Below are positions 1-8,316 of a DNA stretch of 26,689 nucleotides, piece after piece. Source of the stretch: an uncultured Gammaproteobacteria bacterium (lineage in GTDB: Bacteria > Pseudomonadota > Gammaproteobacteria > Chromatiales > Chromatiaceae); contig CBFDBF010000001.1 of the NCBI GenBank assembly GCA_965602975.1, positions 1 to 26,689 on the forward strand, given 5' to 3'. The notes under the pieces are model-generated. The model saw only the letters and a list, made by a program, of their open reading frames with translations. It was not told the DNA's origin and made no database searches. How positions within the stretch are numbered: position 1 is the stretch's first letter; each line of letters begins with the position of its first letter. The translations under genes and the position numbers were made by a program.

Positions 1-79
1 CGAAAAAACAGCTCTTGCAAGTCTTGGCATAGCCGTAGATGGTACAAGATTCCATCATTAAAGGGTAGCGTCCCCTTTA
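1..79 (-). mobile_element. Probable end of a REP-associated/IS200-like tyrosine transposase (RAYT-type) element; transposase start at 30 runs out of the window
   Basis: Minus strand from ATG at 30 reads MPRLARAVFS, resembling the MPRxAR... N-terminus of RAYT-type transposases. Hairpin TAAAGGG-TAGCGTC-CCCTTTA at 59-79 sits at the junction with the HlyD reading frame. Only 10 codons are visible. Confidence 0.45.
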
Positions 80-82
80 TTA

Positions 83-1243
83 AGGGTTAAGGTGATCCAA
101 CCTATGGATAAAGCTATCATTAACAAAATTCTGGTAGCTGAGGGGGAGTATGTTACCAAGGGGCAGCCGCTGATAGAGCTGGACAGCACCCTGACCGGGG
201 CCAACCGGGACCGCCTGTTGAGTGAGCTACATAGTGCCAAGATGGATCTTGCGGTCAACCAGGCGCTGCTATCTCGCCTGGGCAAGAGTGATGATTTCAA
301 GATAGATGCCGACTCTACTGAGCTGCAGTTTGGGCAGGATAGTATCACCGCAGATGATCCATTTTATCGGCGTATGCTGGATGAGAAGTGGCAGCAGTAT
401 CGAGCCAGACTCTCCTCTCTACAAAGTGCCGTCAGAGAGGCGGATGCAGGGTATGCGGCGACTACAGCTATAGTGGATAAGCTGCAACAGGTGCTACCAA
501 TTGTTAATCAACAGACGGCTAAAATAAAACAGATGCATGAGAAGAACTTTGCCTCAGAGAGCGAGTATCTGCAACTAAAACAGGAGAGTATAGAGAAGAC
601 ACATGATCTAAAGGCAGAGCAGCAGCGTCTGGAGCAGTTGCAGGCATCCAGAGAGGAGGCAGAACAGAGGGTGACAGCACTTCGGGCTGAGACCAGGGTG
701 GTCACGCTGGAGAAGATGACCGAGGCTAAACGGCAGCTTGCCATTCTACAGGAGGAGCTTAAAAAGGCCGCTGATCTGGATGCACGGCAGATACTCTACG
801 CCCCGGTAGCGGGTAGAGTGCATGAGTTGACTGTAACCACTCAAGGTGGAGTGGTTACAGAGGCGCAGCCGATAATGAACATTATTCCAGACAAAGCCTC
901 ACTGGAGGTAGAGGTATTTCTCGAAAACAGGGATATCGGTTTTGTCGATAGAGATATGTTGGCAGAGATCAAGATCCACACCTTTCCCTTTACCAAATAC
1001 GGTATAGTCAATGCGGCCATCAATACGATCTCTGATGATGCAACTATGGATGAGAAGCGAGGTCTGTTATATCGACTGCTGCTGACCATGGAGCGGGATA
1101 CGATTATGGTGCAGGGGAGAGAGGTTAAACTGATCCCCGGGATGGAGGTCACTGCTGAGATCAAGACTGGTAAGCGCCGCTTGATAGAGTTTTTTATGGC
1201 CCCACTGCTGCAACACGGCAAAGAGAGCTTGAGAGAGCGGTAG
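83..1243 (+). pseudogene. HlyD-family type I secretion membrane fusion (periplasmic adaptor) protein, lacking its N-terminal TM part in this frame
   Basis: RVKVIQP...ILVAEGEYVTKGQPLIELD, long coiled coil, APVAGRV, FPFTKYG, PGMEVTAEIKTGKRRLIEFFMAPL are typical MFP motifs. In-frame TAA at 59-61 precedes RVKVIQP, so the usual N-terminal cytoplasmic/TM segment is not contiguous. Confidence 0.8.
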
Positions 1244-1264
1244 CGATCTGTTTATACCCTATAA

Positions 1265-1353
1265 TTAAGGAACTTCTGATTGATTTCTCTCCCCCTCCCT
1301 GCCTCCCCCACTTGTAGAGAGGGGCTAAATGGTATTAATCAGAGCCTCTCTAA
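1265..1353. repeat. Small MITE-like element with imperfect terminal inverted repeats
   Basis: TTA-AGGAACTTCTGATTGAT (1265-1284) and ATTAATCAGAGCCTCTC-TAA (1334-1353) are symmetric (TCTGATT.AT core matches) and enclose a C-rich/G-rich CCCC...GAGAGGGG segment. Confidence 0.4.
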
Positions 1354-1466
1354 AGTGTAAAGCGAGACCATCTGCCTGTTACTGCCCTACATAAAGCAGG
1401 GTCAAAACTTGGCAAGCGGTGCATATTGGGCTAGCGTAGCATATACGAAACATTATGGAGGTTGTG

Positions 1467-3734
1467 ATGGGTAAGCTGATTAAATTTATCGCTTGGCTGC
1501 TGGGTGTTGTTCTACTACTGATTATAGTGGCAGTTATTGTTCTGCCGATGGTGTTTGACCCAAATGATTTTAAGGATCAGGTTGTGGCACAGGTTGAGAA
1601 GCAGACCGGCCGCACCATGCAGATCGATGGTGATCTTGGGCTTTCGGTGTTTCCATGGATAGCTGTGGATATCGGCAAGTTTACGCTGGGAAACGCTGAG
1701 GGTTTTGGTGAGCAGCCATTCGCTGCAGCCAATAGTGCGGCTGTTCGGGTCAAGCTGATGCCACTACTACAGCGGGAGCTGGAGGTGGATACCATCGGTC
1801 TGGATGGGGTGTTGCTGAATCTGGCAAAGGCCAAGGATGGGCGCACCAAATGGGCCGATCTAAGGGGTGACACTGCAGCCACGGCCGCAGAAGATGGTGG
1901 TGACAAGGCCGCAGCAGATCAGGGAGAGGGGCTGAACAGGCTAGCCATTGGTGGGGTTGATATTAGTGATGGCCGGGTGGTCTGGGATGATCAACAGAGT
2001 GGTCAGAGGTTTGAGATTGACCAGTTGAACCTGAAGAGTGGTGCTATTGTGCCGGGTAGTCCGGTTGGGCTGGAGATGGGGCTGTTGCTAAAGAGTAGTG
2101 CTCCTCAGTTGGAGTCCAGGCTGGATCTGGAGGGGACGGTAGAGCTGGATGATGAGGTGACTACGCTTAAGATAGGTGACTTGAAGCTGGCGGTTGATGC
2201 CACGGGAGAGGCGGTTCCACGGGGCAAATTGAAGGCGAAGCTGGAGACGGCACTTGCTATGGCGCTGGATGGTAGCTCACTCTCTATCAAGGGTCTCAGG
2301 CTCTCTTCGGGTGACCTCTTGTTGAGTGGTGATGTAGAGGGAAAAAATCTCGCTGCTACCCCAGCATTTAGCGGTGCCATCAAGTTGGCTCCAATCAACC
2401 TGCGTAGCTGGATGGCAAGTCAGGGGATGAGCGTGCCGGATACGGCAGATCCTAAGGCGCTAACCCAGTTCTCTGCCGATCTAAGTATGCAAGCCGAGGG
2501 GGAGAGTACTCGATTTGATAGGGTCTCTATAATGTTGGATGACACCAATATAAATGGTAGTGCCAGTTTGACTGGTGGGGTCATCGGTTTTGCCTTGAAG
2601 GCGGATACGATAGATCTTGATCGCTATCTGGCACCGGAGAGCGAGGGAGAGCCAGCGGCGGCAGCCAAAGGTGGAGGCGGTAGTGGTAGTGGTAGTGGTG
2701 GGGGTAAGGGTAAGGGTAAGGGTAAGGGTAAGGGTGAGGGTGAGGGTGAGGAGCTGTTTCCTGTTGAGATGCTGCGAGGCCTCAATCTGAATGGAACTAT
2801 TACTATCGGTAAAATGATAGTAAACAAGCTGCTGGCAGAGAGTGTCAAAGTGACGCTGAAGGGTAGCAATGGCCGGCTAAACATTAGTCAGAAGGTTGGC
2901 AGTTTTTATCAGGGAAGCTACCAGGGGGCAGTGGCACTCAATGTTAGGGGCAAGACGCCAACTATGACTATCGACAGTGCTATGAGCGGCATCCAGGCTG
3001 GGCCGCTGTTGAAACAGCTAACGGATGAGGAGCGCCTGACCGGCAAGGGGCGGTTCAAGGCTAAATTGAATGCTAGTGGTAATAGTGTGGCGCAGATCAA
3101 GCGCACCCTTGGAGGTAATCTGGACTTTCGGTTTGAAAATGGTGCCGTTAAGGGGGTCAATCTAGCGCAGGTTATTCGTGATGCCAAGGCGCTATTTAAG
3201 GGTGAAAAGGCGGTTAAGTCGGACGATGACCAGCAGACTGATTTCTCTGAACTTAGCGGTAGTGGGGTTATTAAACGGGGGGTTCTGACCAATCGTGATC
3301 TGCTGATGAAGTCCCCCTATATGCGGGTTAATGGTGCTGGTAGTGTCAGCATGGTGTCAGAGAAGCTTGACTATGATCTGGGTACCACCATCGTAAATAG
3401 TGCTGCCGGGCAGGGGGGGGAGGAGCTGGAAGATCTAGAAGGGGTGTTGATTCCGGTACATCTCTCTGGCCCCTATTCCGATCCAAAGTACAGCGTTGAT
3501 TGGGGCAAGATACTGGTAGATAGTCAGAAAGAGAAGCTGAAGGAGAAGTTCAAGGATAAGTTGTTGGACAAGCTAGGTGGCGGTAAAAAGGAGGCGGCAG
3601 CACCTCAGGATGGGGTGAGTACGGATGCGGCTAGTACGGATACAAACACTCCCGCTGAGCCTGTAGAGAAGCCGAGTGCCGAAGATGAGTTAAAGCAGAA
3701 GCTGAAGGATAAGTTGAAGGGATTTAAGTTTTAG
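1467..3734 (+). CDS. asmA: AsmA family protein
   Basis: N-terminal anchor then FDPNDFKDQVVAQVEKQTGRTMQIDGDLGLSVFPWIAV (AsmA N-terminus); C-terminal GAVKGVNLAQ...TDFSELSGS...NRDLLMKSPYMRVNGAG. GGAGG RBS at 1457-1461 supports ATG 1467 over 1455. Confidence 0.88.
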   Translation: MGKLIKFIAWLLGVVLLLIIVAVIVLPMVFDPNDFKDQVVAQVEKQTGRTMQIDGDLGLSVFPWIAVDIGKFTLGNAEGFGEQPFAAANSAAVRVKLMPLLQRELEVDTIGLDGVLLNLAKAKDGRTKWADLRGDTAATAAEDGGDKAAADQGEGLNRLAIGGVDISDGRVVWDDQQSGQRFEIDQLNLKSGAIVPGSPVGLEMGLLLKSSAPQLESRLDLEGTVELDDEVTTLKIGDLKLAVDATGEAVPRGKLKAKLETALAMALDGSSLSIKGLRLSSGDLLLSGDVEGKNLAATPAFSGAIKLAPINLRSWMASQGMSVPDTADPKALTQFSADLSMQAEGESTRFDRVSIMLDDTNINGSASLTGGVIGFALKADTIDLDRYLAPESEGEPAAAAKGGGGSGSGSGGGKGKGKGKGKGEGEGEELFPVEMLRGLNLNGTITIGKMIVNKLLAESVKVTLKGSNGRLNISQKVGSFYQGSYQGAVALNVRGKTPTMTIDSAMSGIQAGPLLKQLTDEERLTGKGRFKAKLNASGNSVAQIKRTLGGNLDFRFENGAVKGVNLAQVIRDAKALFKGEKAVKSDDDQQTDFSELSGSGVIKRGVLTNRDLLMKSPYMRVNGAGSVSMVSEKLDYDLGTTIVNSAAGQGGEELEDLEGVLIPVHLSGPYSDPKYSVDWGKILVDSQKEKLKEKFKDKLLDKLGGGKKEAAAPQDGVSTDAASTDTNTPAEPVEKPSAEDELKQKLKDKLKGFKF
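2679..2750 (+). repeat. In-frame hexanucleotide tandem repeats within asmA: (GGTAGT)3, (GGTAAG)5, (GGTGAG)3
   Basis: Read directly: GGTAGT x3 at 2679-2696, GGTAAG x5 at 2703-2732, GGTGAG x3 at 2733-2750; encodes GSGSGSGGGKGKGKGKGKGEGEGE. Confidence 0.95.
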
Positions 3735-3944
3735 CAAACCGCTGCTCTATTAGGTTGGACTTAAGTTTAATAATATTTGGAGTATGCGGTTGTGGACGTG
3801 GTTGGCAATATCACAATTTGCGGCCTGTTATCTATGGTACTACAGTTGAAATTAGGATAGGATTCAAGGTGATGTGCGAACGGACTGCTGTTTATGACTC
3901 TTCAGCGGCCCCATCATACTTAGGGTAAATAGGAGGATAGAGCG

Positions 3945-4136
3945 ATGATTAAAAGTGCTTTTCTAAAAGTGGCTGTAGTTGCAGTTAGTCTTGGTTTGAT
4001 GGCTGGTTGTGCTACGAATAGTCAGATGCAGGAAGATATTGCTAGAGCTCAGGCGACGGCTGATGCTGCACAGGCTACTGCAGATCGTTGTAACGAGCGT
4101 TGTGGGCGGATGGTAGAGAAGACTATGGCTAAGTAG
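3945..4136 (+). CDS. Lpp/OprI-family alanine-zipper outer membrane lipoprotein
   Basis: AGGAGG RBS; signal peptide with lipobox LMAG-C; Ala-rich heptads AQATADA/AQATADR; C-terminal ...RMVEKTMAK ending in Lys; adjacent to an L,D-transpeptidase. Confidence 0.85.
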   Translation: MIKSAFLKVAVVAVSLGLMAGCATNSQMQEDIARAQATADAAQATADRCNERCGRMVEKTMAK

Positions 4137-4160
4137 TTTGCCGTATCTGCTTTACCTAAA

Positions 4161-4188
4161 AAAGAGCTCACCAAACGGTGGGCTCTTT
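4161..4188. terminator. Likely bidirectional intrinsic terminator between the lipoprotein and L,D-transpeptidase genes
   Basis: AAAGAGCTCACC-AAAC-GGTGGGCTCTTT stem-loop (one G-U pair) with an A-run on the left and T's on the right, between convergent genes. Confidence 0.8.
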
Positions 4189-4200
4189 GCGTTTAGGGTG

Positions 4201-5091
4201 CTACAACAGCGGTACCGGTATGCCTCTGTGTTCCAATGCAACCTCTTTGACCTGCTCCCAATCTAGTGTGTCTGCACGCCCCTGTAGGGCTGAATCTACC
4301 ACCTGTTTTAGCATGTTGAGGTTAAACCCCTCGGCTAGAAACTGCTCGGAAAGGGGTGGGTGTACCTCTACATAGAGCTGGCCACTCCGCCAGCCAGCCT
4401 TGTAGGGCTGGTTAATGATCCGTATCTTGGTACCGACTGGAACCTGCGAGAATAGTTGGGATATGTCCTCTGGGTAGAGCCGGATACAGCCGTGGCTGAC
4501 CCGCATGCCGACACCATAGGGGCGGCTAGTACCATGTAGCATATATCCGGATAGGCTGAGATAGAGCGCGTAGTCTCCGAGTGGGTTATTGGGGCCGGGG
4601 CCGATCTGTTGTGGCAGTGTTTGGCCTCGTGCTTCCGCCTCTCTGCGGATTGATGCTGGTGGTGTCCAGGTAGGATGTGCCTTTTTCCGTACGATACTGC
4701 CACTGCTGACTGGGGTATTCCATCCCTCTCGACCGATCCCTAAAGGGTAGGTCTCCACCCGGTCGCCCTCTGGTGGAAAGTAGTAGAGCCGCAGCTCTGC
4801 CAGATTGATTACGATTCCTTCACGCGGGCCACTCGGTAGGATAAAACTGGATGGAACCATGATCTCGGTACCGGCACCGGGGAGCCATGCATCCACTCTA
4901 GGGTTAGCTGCGGTCATCTCGCGATAGCCTATATCGTGCAGGCGGGCTATATCGGAGAAGGTGTCCTCAAATTGCGCCTCCAGTGTCACCAAATCTCCAA
5001 CCACATCCTCTCCCGGTTGCAGGGGAAAGCTGCGGGCTTGGCCGGCCACAGGGGTGAGAGCCAGCAGAGCAGCTAGAAATATACTCTTCAT
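4201..5091 (-). CDS. L,D-transpeptidase (YkuD domain; ErfK/YbiS/YcfS/YnhG family)
   Basis: Signal peptide, IVINLAELRLYYFP, YPLGIGREGW.TP, GP.NPLG, catalytic LHGT...VSHGCIRL (His/Cys). Confidence 0.93.
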   Translation of the reverse strand: MKSIFLAALLALTPVAGQARSFPLQPGEDVVGDLVTLEAQFEDTFSDIARLHDIGYREMTAANPRVDAWLPGAGTEIMVPSSFILPSGPREGIVINLAELRLYYFPPEGDRVETYPLGIGREGWNTPVSSGSIVRKKAHPTWTPPASIRREAEARGQTLPQQIGPGPNNPLGDYALYLSLSGYMLHGTSRPYGVGMRVSHGCIRLYPEDISQLFSQVPVGTKIRIINQPYKAGWRSGQLYVEVHPPLSEQFLAEGFNLNMLKQVVDSALQGRADTLDWEQVKEVALEHRGIPVPLL

Positions 5092-5178
5092 CTTAGGTGT
5101 TACCTATATTAGTATTGTACTATTGAGTAACATTTTTACATATTTGAGTATAGATTGCTTGGAGCGGGGAGGGGCCTG

Positions 5179-5439
5179 GTGGGTAGAACAGTACAGTGTG
5201 TTAAGCTGGGGCAGGAGGCCGCGGGCTTAGAGCGCCCTCCATATCCGGGTGATTTGGGGCAGCGGATCTTTGAGCAGGTCTCGGCAGAGGCGTGGCAGCT
5301 TTGGGTGCAGCAGCAGACCATTTTGATCAATGAGAATCGCCTTAGCCCGATTGAACCAAAGACACGAGAGTTTCTGGAGGGTGAGATGGAGCAGTTCCTG
5401 TTTGGCTCCGGCAACCATCAGGATGAGGCTTCAGAGTAG
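5179..5439 (+). CDS. yggX: Oxidative damage protection / Fe(II) trafficking protein YggX
   Basis: RTVQCVKLGQEAAGLERPPYPGDLGQRIFEQVSAEAWQLW...QTILINENRL...EMEQFLF signature; GTG at 5179 with GGAGG at 5168-5172. Confidence 0.92.
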   Translation: MGRTVQCVKLGQEAAGLERPPYPGDLGQRIFEQVSAEAWQLWVQQQTILINENRLSPIEPKTREFLEGEMEQFLFGSGNHQDEASE

Positions 5440-5446
5440 ATTCTGC

Positions 5447-5475
5447 TTGACTATATCGGCCATGGCCGCTTTAAT
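5447..5475 (+). promoter_or_regulatory. Sigma70-type promoter for tRNA-Phe
   Basis: TTGACT (5447-5452), 17 bp spacer, TTTAAT (5470-5475), 15 bp upstream of the tRNA. Confidence 0.7.
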
Positions 5476-5490
5476 GTGGCTCTCTTTTTT

Positions 5491-5566
<76 letters not shown>

Positions 5567-5603
5567 TATTTTTCTTATTTTTGTGTGTAGCTCTGGCTTC
5601 TAC

Positions 5604-7016
5604 ATGAGACACAGCAAGACTCTCCTTTATATATTTCTGGTTATCGCCACAGTTAGTGCGCCACTCCAGGCTGGGGTGATGCACTCTAATGGTGGCCGCT
5701 CCATTATGGCAGTACCTCTCTTGGCCGTATCTGGTACTGCGGCTATGTCTGATGAATCTGTACAGCTAATGCTGCACGACAGAGAGCAGCGTTACTGGTA
5801 TTGGCTGGTGGTGGGAGCCATTATGCTTATATCTATGCTGCTGTTGATCTTGCGGGTGTTGTGGCTGAACAGGCAGCTGAAGCGCTCTAAGCTCTATCTG
5901 GAGAGGCAGTATGAGTTGATTTTGAATTCGGTGGCAGATGGGATCTATGGGGTAGATAGGGAGGGAAATTCAACCTTTGTGAATCGTGCCATGGAGAAGA
6001 TAACCGGCTGGAAGGCGGAGGAGTTGATAGGGCGTAATCAGCATGAGCTGCTGCACCACAGCCATGCCGATGGTAGGCCACACCTACCAGAGGAGTGTCC
6101 GATCTATCTTACTGCACAGGAGAACCGGGCGCGGTTTGTGACCGATGATCTATTTTGGAGAAAGGATCATTCCAGTTTTCCGGTAGAGTACAGCAGTACC
6201 CCGATTCGGAATGAGAGGGGGAGTGCGACGGGTAGCGTAGTGGTGTTTAGAGATATTAGTGCGCGTCAGCAGGTGGAGGATGCGGCGCGGCAGCATCAGA
6301 TGGAGTTGGCTCACGTAGCGCGTCTGAGCACTATGGGGGAGATGGCATCAGGTATTGCACATGAGATCAATCAGCCACTTACGGCCATTACCACCAATGC
6401 ACAGGCCGGTGTGCGCATGTTGGAATCGGAAGCGGTAGATCCAGAAAAGGTGTTGGATCTACTGGAGCTAATCGGGAGACAGGCGGAGCGTGCCGGCGAG
6501 ATTATACGGCAGCTGCGCCGGTTCGTGCGCAAGGAGCAGTTGGAGCTTACCTTAGTAGACCTGAACGATTTGGTGCGTGAGGTGGTTGTGCTGCTGCAGC
6601 CAGAGGCGAAGAGTGCAGCGGTCGATATCAGTTTAGAGCTGGATGATGCCATTGGCCTGGTTGCAGTGCAACAGATTCAGATTGAGCAGGTTGTCCTCAA
6701 TCTTGCTCGCAATGCCATCGAGGCGATGGCTACAATGGATGCGGGTACGCGTGAGTTAACTCTACGCACCTCCGTCGGAGGCAGCAATGCAGTTATTGTC
6801 TCAGTGGAGGATAGTGGCCCCGGACTTGATCAAGATGTTATGCAGAATCTGTTTGACCCATTTGTGACTACTAAGCCGGATGGAATGGGGCTAGGCTTAT
6901 CTATTAGCCAGGGGATTTTAGAGGCGCATCAAGGTAATATTTATGCTGATTCCAAGCATGGTAGAGGGGCACTGTTTCGATTTGTTCTTCCAGTAGCTAC
7001 TAAGGAGCAGTTGTGA
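5604..7016 (+). CDS. PAS-domain sensor histidine kinase (FixL/TtrS-like)
   Basis: TM helix (RYWYWLVVGAIML...), PAS (ILNSVADGIYGVD...FVNRA...LFWRKD.SSFPVEYSSTPI), H box GEMASGIAHEINQPL, N box QVVLNLARNAIEAM, DSGPG, FDPFVTTK, GMGLGLSIS. The start (5604 ATG vs 5583 GTG) is uncertain. Confidence 0.9.
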   Translation: MRHSKTLLYIFLVIATVSAPLQAGVMHSNGGRSIMAVPLLAVSGTAAMSDESVQLMLHDREQRYWYWLVVGAIMLISMLLLILRVLWLNRQLKRSKLYLERQYELILNSVADGIYGVDREGNSTFVNRAMEKITGWKAEELIGRNQHELLHHSHADGRPHLPEECPIYLTAQENRARFVTDDLFWRKDHSSFPVEYSSTPIRNERGSATGSVVVFRDISARQQVEDAARQHQMELAHVARLSTMGEMASGIAHEINQPLTAITTNAQAGVRMLESEAVDPEKVLDLLELIGRQAERAGEIIRQLRRFVRKEQLELTLVDLNDLVREVVVLLQPEAKSAAVDISLELDDAIGLVAVQQIQIEQVVLNLARNAIEAMATMDAGTRELTLRTSVGGSNAVIVSVEDSGPGLDQDVMQNLFDPFVTTKPDGMGLGLSISQGILEAHQGNIYADSKHGRGALFRFVLPVATKEQL

Positions 7017-7618
7017 CAGCAACAGTATTTATTATTGATGATGATCAGGATGTGCGCGATGCACTACAGCTGCTGATGGAGTCAGTAGGGCTGTCGGTAG
7101 AGTCATTCGCCTCGGCTCAGGAGTATCTGGATCAGTTTGAGCCGCAACGCTACGGCTGTTTGGTGTTGGATATACGTATGCCCGGTATGAGCGGCCTGGA
7201 GCTACAGGCTAGACTATCAGCAGAGCAGAGTCATCCACCTATTATCATAATGAGCGGGCATGGTGATATCCCCATGGCGGTACATGCAGTACAGGCTGGT
7301 GCCGCCGGATTTCTGGAGAAGCCCTGTAATGACCAGCTGTTGCTGGATAGTGTGCATCGCGCTCTGGAGCAGGATAGCAGACAGCGTGGTGCGGCCTCCC
7401 GTATCGCTGAAATAAGGGGGCGGTATGAGCAGTTGACCCCGCGTGAATTGGAGGTGATGGGGCAGGTGGTAAGCGGTAAAAGGAATAAGGTGATTGCGTC
7501 AGATCTTGGGGTGAGCCAGTCAACGGTAGAGGTTCACCGCTCCCGTGTTATGGAGAAGATGGGGGCCAAATCTATGTCGGATCTTATGCGTATGGTGATA
7601 GCGCTGGAAGAGTGTTAA
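7013..7618 (+). CDS. FixJ/TtrR-family response regulator (REC + LuxR HTH)
   Basis: IIDDD, LVLDIRMPGMSGLELQ, MSGHGDIPMAV, FLEKP, LTPRELEVM...NKVIASDLGVSQSTVEVHRSRVMEKM; GTG start overlaps the kinase stop (GTGA). Confidence 0.92.
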   Translation: MTATVFIIDDDQDVRDALQLLMESVGLSVESFASAQEYLDQFEPQRYGCLVLDIRMPGMSGLELQARLSAEQSHPPIIIMSGHGDIPMAVHAVQAGAAGFLEKPCNDQLLLDSVHRALEQDSRQRGAASRIAEIRGRYEQLTPRELEVMGQVVSGKRNKVIASDLGVSQSTVEVHRSRVMEKMGAKSMSDLMRMVIALEEC

Positions 7619-7657
7619 GCAGTCTGCTTGGCAGATAGTAGTGTTAGCTCTTTTGGG
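7387..7657 (+). repeat. Direct repeat copy 1: response regulator 3' end plus a decayed norD 3' end (on the minus strand)
   Basis: Aligns to 10732-10924 with about 19 mismatches over 193 aligned bases by manual count, plus a 78 bp segment (7508-7585) absent from copy 2. Confidence 0.92.
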
Positions 7658-7907
7658 CTCGGCCCGTGAGACGGGGGCGATATTAAATGACATGCGGATC
7701 AAGCAGGTTACAGGGGGAGCATTTAATGTCCGCCCAGCTGAGTGGTCACGAGCAGAACTCAACTCGGCATTAGGTAAAGTCATTAATGACTCAAATTGAA
7801 AATGTGTAATAGTGCGCATAGTTCTTGAATCTGTAAGACTCAGTCTGAATCGGTAATAAGTTTCGTAGCCTTTAGACCGCAGAGCATTTTTCTATTTTCC
7901 GATAAAG

Positions 7908-8160
7908 GCCGCGAGCATATTTCTTTTGCTTGCCCAAAAGAAAACAGGCGAAAGAAAAGGACACCCTGGTATTACACCCTACGGGTACCCTGTGCTTCTT
8001 GTTTTAAGCGGGGCTATCCATAAGGGGCGTCCTGCCCCAATGGACAGGATCGATATCCCTGTCGGTCCCCTTCGGGCCATTTCCGCATATATGATTAAAA
8101 AATCGTGGTTTGTCCATTTTTAACTGCGATACTTGGTGTAACACACGGGATTCGGGGTGT
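7908..8160. repeat. Highly structured intergenic repeat / MITE-like element
   Basis: Hairpins TTTCTTTTG-CTTGCC-CAAAAGAAA (7920-7943), GGGGC-GTCCT-GCCCC and GACAGG...CCTGTC; long-range complementarity CCCTGGTATTACACC / GGTGTAACACACGGG. Resembles the widespread proteobacterial ...TTTCTTTTGCTTGCCCAAAAGAAA...AAAGAAAAGG.CACCC repeat type. Confidence 0.55.
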
Positions 8161-8204
8161 GCCCATAATTAATTATTGTATTGCGGAGAAAGGGATTGCT
8201 TGCA

Positions 8205-8278
8205 CTCTAATGAACTAGAGTAGAACATGTTACTGTATACCACTATATTCGCGCATGTCGTACAATTAGCTGTTAGGC
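8205..8278 (+). other. Possible degenerate attC-like site upstream of the persulfide dioxygenase gene
   Basis: CTCTAAT ... TAGAACATG / CATGTCGTA ... GTTAGGC (8272-8278); partial dyad symmetry over 74 bp ending in a GTTRRRY core 39 bp before the ATG. Weak. Confidence 0.3.
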
Positions 8279-8316
8279 AATAAAAAAATCTAAGCAAACC
8301 GGGACAAAGATATCTA

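Noticed and set aside
2624-2884. Pro/Leu-repeat ORF on the minus strand
   Set aside because: Antisense shadow of the GGT-based hexamer repeats in asmA.
3803-3821. Sigma54 promoter upstream of the lipoprotein (TGGCA...TTGC)
   Set aside because: GG-to-GC spacing is 14 nt rather than the required 10.
7926-8123. 65-aa ORF
   Set aside because: Lies wholly within the structured repeat, has no RBS and no recognisable protein features.
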